NCBI GenBank assembly: GCA_963719225.1
Contig: CAVRAY010000001.1
Span: 3,136,001-3,200,000 of the forward strand
DNA length: 64,000 nt
Direction: 5' to 3'
Origin: Thermoanaerobaculia bacterium
GTDB taxonomy: Bacteria; Acidobacteriota; Thermoanaerobaculia; UBA5066
In this document: in pieces, positions 57,734 to 64,000 of the stretch
How the letters are laid out: each line of letters opens with the position of its first letter
How positions within the stretch are numbered: position 1 is the first letter of the stretch
Translations under genes and position numbers: made by a program
Notes under the pieces: generated by a model
Seen by the model: the letters and a program-made list of their open reading frames with translations, nothing else
What the model was told of the DNA's origin: nothing
Database searches by the model: none

Positions 57734-59122
57734 TCAGTGAGCGGGCGCCGGCGGCGGCGTCTTCTTCACGAACGCCGCGATGTCCTCGACGACCTCGGCG
57801 GCGACGTGGCCGAGCTTTTCGTACTCGGCCGGCGTGCTTCGTCCCTGACCGGGCGCGAAGAGATGGTTCAGCGCCGGATACGACTTGAAGACGACGTCCG
57901 CACGGCCGCCGAGCTCCTTTTTCCACCCGGAAAAGTCGGCCATCGATACCTGATAGTCGCGTTCGCCCTGCAGGACGAGAATCGGCCTGCCGAGGGAGCG
58001 TGCAGCCTCGAGCGAACTCTGGACCCTGAGGTCGAGCCAGTACGACAGCGGGACGCCGAGAATCACGCCCGAGGGCGGACCCGCCCGGCCCGCGTAAAGC
58101 GCGGCCAGAGCGTCCGCCTCCTTGAGGATGCCGGGCGCCATGAGCCGCTGGGCTTCGGGCGCTCCCGGCTCGAGAAGAGAGCGCGCCTGGTCGCGGATCA
58201 CCTCCGACATGGGCCGTGACGGAGCTGCGAGAAGAACGACACCCGCCAGAGAGCCGTCGAGGACGCCGATCCGCGGCGCGAGAACCGCCCCGAGACTGTG
58301 GCCGGCGAGGAAGATCCGTTTGGGATCCGTTCCCGCCGTGGCCCGCAGGAGCTTGATGGCGGCGAGCGCGTCGTCGATCACCTCCTGGCGAATGGTCATG
58401 TCCCGGGTTCCCGCGAGATCCTTCCGGTAGACCTTCGTGCGCTTGTCGTAACGCAGCACCGCGATGCCCCGGGACGCGAGGCCCTGCGCGAGATCCTGGA
58501 ACGGGCGGTGGCCGCCGATCGTCTCGTCGCGGTCCTGGGGCCCCGAGCCGTGCACGAGGACGACACCCGGGAAGGGCCCTTCTCCCGCGGGCATGGCAAG
58601 CGTGCCGGGGAGAGACAGGGAGCCCGAGACGACCTGAACCTCGCGCTCGCGGAACGCGCCCGGCGTCACGTACGCCGGCGGCTTCCAGTCGGGACGCGAA
58701 GCGTCGCCGGCATCGAGAAACATGCCCGCCAGACGCCCGTCGGAGTGGAACGTGAGCTTCAATTCGGCCCGCTGCTTCTCGAACGTGCAGCTCGTGAACG
58801 CGAGCGTGTACTCCCCGACCCAGTTGATGCGCGGCTCGGCGCACGATCTCAGGTGTCCGCCTCTTGCGGCCACTCCCGCCCAGAATCCGCGCAGCTTGTC
58901 GTCCGGCAGCGCCGCCCGCAGCGGCTCGTCGAAACGGGACTGGAGCGCCACGAGGTCGTCCGCCTTCAGCTCCGCGACGATTTCCTTCACGAGCGACGCC
59001 GCGGCCTTCGCCGGAAGCGGTGCGATCTCGACGGCGTTGTCCGGCGTCTTCGCGGGTGCCTGCGCCGCGAGCGGGCCGGGCGCCGCGAGAGCGAGGACCA
59101 GGACATGAGGCAGTTTCATCAT
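57734..59122 (-). CDS. Exported alpha/beta hydrolase (DUF3887 plus esterase/peptidase domain)
   Basis: Signal peptide; [37 protein letters not shown]. Confidence 0.9.
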   Translation of the reverse strand: MMKLPHVLVLALAAPGPLAAQAPAKTPDNAVEIAPLPAKAAASLVKEIVAELKADDLVALQSRFDEPLRAALPDDKLRGFWAGVAARGGHLRSCAEPRINWVGEYTLAFTSCTFEKQRAELKLTFHSDGRLAGMFLDAGDASRPDWKPPAYVTPGAFREREVQVVSGSLSLPGTLAMPAGEGPFPGVVLVHGSGPQDRDETIGGHRPFQDLAQGLASRGIAVLRYDKRTKVYRKDLAGTRDMTIRQEVIDDALAAIKLLRATAGTDPKRIFLAGHSLGAVLAPRIGVLDGSLAGVVLLAAPSRPMSEVIRDQARSLLEPGAPEAQRLMAPGILKEADALAALYAGRAGPPSGVILGVPLSYWLDLRVQSSLEAARSLGRPILVLQGERDYQVSMADFSGWKKELGGRADVVFKSYPALNHLFAPGQGRSTPAEYEKLGHVAAEVVEDIAAFVKKTPPPAPAH

Positions 59123-59160
59123 GGAGCGCGCCGTTTTCCTTTGATACCCTTCCCGGTCCC

Positions 59161-60327
59161 ATGAAAATACACGAATACCAGGCCAAGGAGATCCTCCGCA
59201 CCTTCGGCGTCGCCACGCCGCGCGGCCACGTCACGGACTCGCCCGAGGAAGCGGGCCGCATCGCGAAGGAATTCGGCGGGCGCGCCGTGATCAAGGCGCA
59301 GATCCACGCCGGCGGCCGCGGCAAGGGAGGCGGCGTCAAGCTGGCGAAGAGCCCGGACGAGGCCGTCGACCTCGCCAAGAAGATCCTCGGCATGCAGCTC
59401 GTCACGCACCAGACGGGGCCGCAGGGCCAGAAGGTCAAGAAGGTCCTCGTCGAGGAGGCGCTCGACATCGCCCGGGAGCTCTATCTGGGCATCACGCTCG
59501 ATCGCGGGATCGGCCAGCCCGTCATGATGGTGAGCAAGCAGGGCGGCATGGAGATCGAGGTCGTCGCCGCGAAAGACCCGACCGCGATCGTCAAGGAGCC
59601 CTTCGACCCGGCCTGGGGCCTCCAGCCCTATCAGGCACGCAAGCTCGCGGACGCGCTCGGCCTCACGGGCGACACCCACAAGAAGTCCGTCGGTTTCCTC
59701 ATCGCGCTCGCGAAGGCGTACGTCGCCACCGATGCCTCGCTCGCCGAGATCAACCCGCTTCTCGTCACGGGATCCGGCGACGTCATCGCGCTCGACGCGA
59801 AGATGAACTTCGACGACAACGCGCTCTACCGGCACCCGAACATCAAGGAGTACCGCGATCTCGACGAGGAGGACGCCCTCGAGGTCGAGGCGTCGAAGTA
59901 CGGCCTCAACTACATCAAGCTCGACGGGAACGTGGGCTGCATGGTGAACGGCGCCGGGCTCGCGATGGCCACCATGGACATCATCCAGTACGCGGGCGGG
60001 AAGCCGGCGAACTTCCTCGACGTGGGCGGCGGCGCGAACGAGGAGCAGGTCAAGAACGCGATGCGGATCATCCTGTCCGACGCGAACGTCAAGGCGGTCC
60101 TCATCAACATCTTCGGCGGCATCATGCGGTGCGACATCATCGCGACCGGCGTCGTCAACGCCATCCAGGAGATCGGCATCAAGATCCCCGTGGTCGTGCG
60201 CCTCGAGGGCACGAACGTGGAGGAGGGCAAGGCGATTCTCGAGAGCTCGGGCCTCAAGGTCATCGCCGCCAACGACATGAAGGACGCGGCCGAGAAGGTC
60301 ATCGCGTCGCTCGGAAAGGCGGCCTGA
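59161..60327 (+). CDS. sucC: Succinyl-CoA synthetase beta subunit
   Basis: [59 protein letters not shown]. Confidence 0.98.
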   Translation: MKIHEYQAKEILRTFGVATPRGHVTDSPEEAGRIAKEFGGRAVIKAQIHAGGRGKGGGVKLAKSPDEAVDLAKKILGMQLVTHQTGPQGQKVKKVLVEEALDIARELYLGITLDRGIGQPVMMVSKQGGMEIEVVAAKDPTAIVKEPFDPAWGLQPYQARKLADALGLTGDTHKKSVGFLIALAKAYVATDASLAEINPLLVTGSGDVIALDAKMNFDDNALYRHPNIKEYRDLDEEDALEVEASKYGLNYIKLDGNVGCMVNGAGLAMATMDIIQYAGGKPANFLDVGGGANEEQVKNAMRIILSDANVKAVLINIFGGIMRCDIIATGVVNAIQEIGIKIPVVVRLEGTNVEEGKAILESSGLKVIAANDMKDAAEKVIASLGKAA

Positions 60328-60328
60328 C

Positions 60329-61201
60329 ATGGCCTGGATCTCCAAGGACACCCGCCTCCTCGTGCAGGGCCTCACGGGCCGCGAGGGCAAGTTCCACGCG
60401 CTTCAGAGCCGCAACTACGGAACCGAGGTCGTCGCCGGCGTCACGCCCGGCAAGGGCGGAACGACGGTCGAAGGCATTCCCGTCTTCGACTCCGTGCTCG
60501 CCGCGGTGAAAGCCACGGGAGCGAACGCGTCGATGGTCTTCGTGCCCCCGCCGGCCGCGGCCGACGCGATCATGGAGGCTTCGGACGCCGGCGTTCCCCT
60601 CATCGTCGCGATCACCGAAGGCGTTCCGGTGAACGACATGATCCGCGCGAAGGATTTCCTCGCCAGGGGCACGAGCCGCCTCGTCGGCCCGAACTGCCCC
60701 GGCGTCATCCGCCCTTCGGCGAAGGTCAAGATCGGCATCATGCCTGCCCGCATCCACCGCGCGGGCTCGGTCGGCGTCGTCTCCCGCTCGGGAACGCTCA
60801 CGTACGAGGCCGTCGGGCAGACGACCGGCCTGGGCATGGGCCAGTCCACCTGCATCGGCATCGGCGGCGACCCCGTGAACGGCACGAACTTCATCGACGC
60901 GCTCACGCTCTTTCGCGACGATCCGGAGACGGAATCCGTGATCCTCATCGGGGAGATCGGCGGCAGCGCCGAGGAGGAGGCGGCGTGCTGGATTGCCGGC
61001 AACCTCAAGAAGCCCGTCGTCTCGTTCATCGCGGGCCGCACGGCGCCTCCGGGCCGGCGCATGGGTCACGCGGGCGCGATCATCTCGGGCGGAAAGGGCA
61101 CGGCCGCCGAAAAAGTGAAAGCGCTGCAGGCAGCGGGCGTTCACGTCGTGGACTCGCCCGCGCTCATGGGCGAAATGTTGAAGAAGGTGCTCGGGAAGTA
61201 G
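60329..61201 (+). CDS. sucD: Succinyl-CoA synthetase alpha subunit
   Basis: [36 protein letters not shown]. Confidence 0.98.
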   Translation: MAWISKDTRLLVQGLTGREGKFHALQSRNYGTEVVAGVTPGKGGTTVEGIPVFDSVLAAVKATGANASMVFVPPPAAADAIMEASDAGVPLIVAITEGVPVNDMIRAKDFLARGTSRLVGPNCPGVIRPSAKVKIGIMPARIHRAGSVGVVSRSGTLTYEAVGQTTGLGMGQSTCIGIGGDPVNGTNFIDALTLFRDDPETESVILIGEIGGSAEEEAACWIAGNLKKPVVSFIAGRTAPPGRRMGHAGAIISGGKGTAAEKVKALQAAGVHVVDSPALMGEMLKKVLGK

Positions 61202-61207
61202 CTCGGG

Positions 61208-61615
61208 TCAGCGTCTCGCGGTGAACTCCTCGGGGGAGAGGACGCGGCGAGGAAAGGCCTTCGCGAGCTTGCGATCAGCGCTGACGAGCGGCAGGCCGAG
61301 GCGCTGGGCTGCGAGGACGAACTCAGCGTCGTAGGCGGAGATCCTTCCCTGCTCCGCCAACCCGAGGCACGCCTCCGTGTCATCCTCGAGGGCGGTGTCT
61401 GTCACGAGTCGATCTGCTTGCTCGAAGGCTTCGACGGCGCCGGCCAGCTTCATTTTGCCGGCTCGCATCGTGGTGGCCAGGGCATTGCGGAGCTCGGACC
61501 GCCAGAGCGCTGGAGCCACCCACTCCGTGTCGGCCTCGAGCACCGCGAGGGCGGCGTCGGATCGTCCACCGGGAACGACGGCGTAGGCGATCAAGTTCGT
61601 GTCCACGACGATCAT
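61208..61615 (-). CDS. vapC: VapC-family PIN-domain toxin
   Basis: MIVVDTN, APALWRSE, SAYDAEFV, LVSAD; overlaps the antitoxin stop. Confidence 0.9.
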   Translation of the reverse strand: MIVVDTNLIAYAVVPGGRSDAALAVLEADTEWVAPALWRSELRNALATTMRAGKMKLAGAVEAFEQADRLVTDTALEDDTEACLGLAEQGRISAYDAEFVLAAQRLGLPLVSADRKLAKAFPRRVLSPEEFTARR

Positions 61616-61857
61616 GGACGCCCCTCTCGCCGGGCTCGCTCGAGCAGCGCATCCGTCAGAATCGGTCGGGAACCGAGCCTCTTGTGAAGTCGCCGCAACG
61701 CGGCGATGGTCTCTTCGGCTGAGCGCTTCCGAAGGGCGACGCTGCGCTCGAGGCGGGACAACGCTTCCTGGTTGAGGCTCCGCCGGTTCTGCTTTGCCTC
61801 CTCCTTCAGCTGTACGACCAGCTCCTCCGGGACGTTCTTGAGCGTCAACGTCGCCAT
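61612..61857 (-). CDS. Arc / ribbon-helix-helix antitoxin (FitA/VapB-like)
   Basis: MATLTLKNVPEEL...LKEEAKQNRRSLNQE; RBS GGAGG. Confidence 0.88.
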   Translation of the reverse strand: MATLTLKNVPEELVVQLKEEAKQNRRSLNQEALSRLERSVALRKRSAEETIAALRRLHKRLGSRPILTDALLERARREGRP

Positions 61858-61953
61858 GGCTTCCTCCTACATCCATTATGGAACCGTTTCGGTTCTTTGG
61901 ATAGAGCCCGCACAAGCCCTTGAGACCTGCCCTGACTCCGCGAACTCCGCCCT

Positions 61954-62403
61954 CTACGCTCCAAACTGCCTCAGGTGGTGGTCTAGGTGCTTGTGCATGA
62001 GGATGCCCCACTCGTCGCCCTTCAGGCGGCCGAAGAACGAGTGCATGCGGCCGTCCGCCGACGAGGCGCCGGCGTCCGCGAAGCGGTTGAGGAGGCCGAG
62101 GAGCCGAGCCTTCTCTTTCGTGAAGTCGCGCGTGTCGGACACGACGAATCCCGGATCGGTCGGAGAGTTCTTCGAAAAAGGCTCCTCGCCGAGAAACTTC
62201 TTCTTCACGAACGGAGCGAACACCTTCCCGATGAAGGCCTGATTCTTCGGCACGTCTCCGGTCGCGACCTCCAGCGCCGCGGCGCAGTGCGCGCACATCT
62301 GCGCCGGGTCCATCTTCCCCCACTGGCGCGTCGCGCCGGCCTGGAGGTTCCCGAGGCGGTCGAGGATCTGCTGTCGATCGGAAGTTTCGAAGAGGTTCTT
62401 CAT
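61954..62403 (-). CDS. DUF1569 / DinB-like protein
   Basis: QWGKMDPAQMCAHC, HSFFGRL...EW, KHLDHHLRQFG. Confidence 0.88.
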   Translation of the reverse strand: MKNLFETSDRQQILDRLGNLQAGATRQWGKMDPAQMCAHCAAALEVATGDVPKNQAFIGKVFAPFVKKKFLGEEPFSKNSPTDPGFVVSDTRDFTKEKARLLGLLNRFADAGASSADGRMHSFFGRLKGDEWGILMHKHLDHHLRQFGA

Positions 62404-62471
62404 GCGCGGAGCCTATTCAAGAACCGCGTGTCCCGGCAAGTCGCAAGCGGCCGCGTATACTCCGCGGCCGC

Positions 62472-62885
62472 ATGGAAAAAACGTTCGCCATCATCAAGCC
62501 CGACGCCGTCGAGTCGAAGAACGCGGGGAAGATTCTCACCCGCATCGAGGCCGAAGGCTTCCGCGTCCTGGCATTCAGACGGCATCGCATTTCGACGGCC
62601 GAAGCCGAGTCGTTCTACGGCGAGCACCGCGCCAAGGGCTTCTTCTCCTCCCTCGTCGCGTACATGACTTCCGGTCCGGTTTACGTCGCCGTCCTCGAGC
62701 GCGAGAACGGCGTCGCGCATTGGCGCGCGGTCATGGGCGCGACGGATCCCGCGAAGGCCGACGCCGGCACGATCCGGAAGGAATTCGGACAGTCCATCGA
62801 GCGCAATGCCGCGCACGGCTCCGCGAATGCCGCGGATGCGGCTCGCGAGGTTACGTTCTTCTTTTCCGCGGCGGAGCTCCTCTGA
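62472..62885 (+). CDS. ndk: Nucleoside diphosphate kinase
   Basis: TFAIIKPDAV, MTSGP, MGATDP, GTIR, NAAHGS. Confidence 0.96.
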   Translation: MEKTFAIIKPDAVESKNAGKILTRIEAEGFRVLAFRRHRISTAEAESFYGEHRAKGFFSSLVAYMTSGPVYVAVLERENGVAHWRAVMGATDPAKADAGTIRKEFGQSIERNAAHGSANAADAAREVTFFFSAAELL

Positions 62886-63009
62886 GCCGATCGGCTCGTG
62901 TAACCCCTACTTGGGTCGCCGCGGCGCCGCTGGCGGCCCCTTTGCTCTACGCAATTCAGAAAGGCGCCGACACTCCTCCAAGGAGTGCGCCCGCGACTCG
63001 CCACAATTG

Positions 63010-63972
63010 ATGCTGATGCAGAGACTTCCGTTTCTTTCGATCCTCCTTGCGCCCGCCCTGACGACGGGCGCCGGGCTTTCGGCGCAGGTCTCCACGCCGG
63101 CAAGAACTACCAGTGCGGTGTCCGTGGGCTACGTAATGGTGCCCTTCGTCCTCACCGACTTGAGGGGTAAGCCCATCCAGGACCTCAAGGAAAAGGACGT
63201 CACGCTCCTCGTCGACGGCCAGCCCGTCGTGACCGATCTCTTCTCCCGGAGCGACGACGCGCCCGTGTCGTTCACGATTCTTCTCGACGGCTCCGGCTCG
63301 ATGGGCCTCGTCGGGAAGATGGACGGCGTCAAAGCCGCCCTGCGCGCCCTCGTCCAGCAGCGGCTCCCCGGTGATGACTTCGCCCTTTACGTATTCGCGG
63401 CTGGCGCCGTGCGCGAGGAGGTCCCCTTCACGTCCGATGCGGCACGGCTCCTCGCGGCCGTCGACACCGTGAAACCCGCCGGCCGCACCGCGTTCTACGA
63501 TGCCCTCGCGAGGATGCCCGACCGGACTCTCCTCGGCAAGAACGGCTCGCGCGCGATCGTCCTCCTGACGGACGGGATGGACAACGCGTCCCAGCTCACG
63601 CGCGACGACCTCGCCGTCATGCTCGAGGGCGTGGACGTCCCGGTGTACCCCATCGGGCTGCGCTCTCCCGGCGTCCCGCTCGTCCCGCCGCCCGGCGTCA
63701 CCCCGGAGGCGCTCGTGAACCTCGAGATCCTCGGCCACATCGCGCGCCTTTCCGGAGGCGTGCTCTCGATCGTCGACGAGCCCGCGCAGCTGCCGGCCGC
63801 GATCGCGCGCGTCGAAAAGGACCTGCGCGCGCAGTACCTGATGGGTTTCACGCCCACGGGCACCGGACCGGTGCGCTACCGCCGCATATCGCTTCGACTT
63901 TCAGGCCCTGCACGACCCGTCCGCGTCCGGGCGGGCTACCGGGGCACGCTGCCGCCTCTCAAGGGCGGTTGA
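63010..63972 (+). CDS. Exported VWA-domain protein
   Basis: Signal peptide; MIDAS DGSGSM, TAFYDA, LLTDGMD, LSGG, QYLMGF. Confidence 0.9.
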   Translation: MLMQRLPFLSILLAPALTTGAGLSAQVSTPARTTSAVSVGYVMVPFVLTDLRGKPIQDLKEKDVTLLVDGQPVVTDLFSRSDDAPVSFTILLDGSGSMGLVGKMDGVKAALRALVQQRLPGDDFALYVFAAGAVREEVPFTSDAARLLAAVDTVKPAGRTAFYDALARMPDRTLLGKNGSRAIVLLTDGMDNASQLTRDDLAVMLEGVDVPVYPIGLRSPGVPLVPPPGVTPEALVNLEILGHIARLSGGVLSIVDEPAQLPAAIARVEKDLRAQYLMGFTPTGTGPVRYRRISLRLSGPARPVRVRAGYRGTLPPLKGG

Positions 63973-64000
63973 ACACGGAACAGGAGGACTCATGAAGACC

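Noticed and set aside
63992-64000. Start of a further CDS (AGGAGG then ATGAAGACC)
   Set aside because: Only three codons are visible, so no product can be assigned.

Overview
GC-rich bacterial DNA. The VWA-domain proteins and kinase types suggest Acidobacteriota (inference only). Bases 1-48000 hold a large type VI secretion system (T6SS) locus: tssJKLM, tagF, two hcp, tagJ, tssABCEFGH, vgrG and a PAAR-toxin with a probable immunity gene. Its accessory set is unusually rich: an interrupted kinase-fold protein with a Cys4 insert, a TagH/Fha carrying a Clp-N insert, a second fused and truncated TssB-TssC sheath protein, two predicted protein-methylation enzymes, a tandem paralog pair of unknown function, several candidate effectors (PLC/P1-fold, amidase, M15-like peptidase, metzincin), a damaged ECF sigma/kinase pair and a kinase/PP2C/FHA/pseudokinase cluster. 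Genes in 16.0-22.4 kb and 27.4-29.3 kb carry many single-base indels, probably assembly errors, so boundaries there are approximate. Between tRNA-Asp and tRNA-Val lie single-gene cassettes separated by degenerate copies of the tRNA-Val 3' end. The last 10 kb is mostly housekeeping (oxidoreductase, sucCD, ndk, a VapBC-type TA pair) and includes a methyltransferase with an in-frame palindromic insertion. No CRISPR array, rRNA, integrase or transposase was seen. All family assignments are by motif recognition; no database searches were run.
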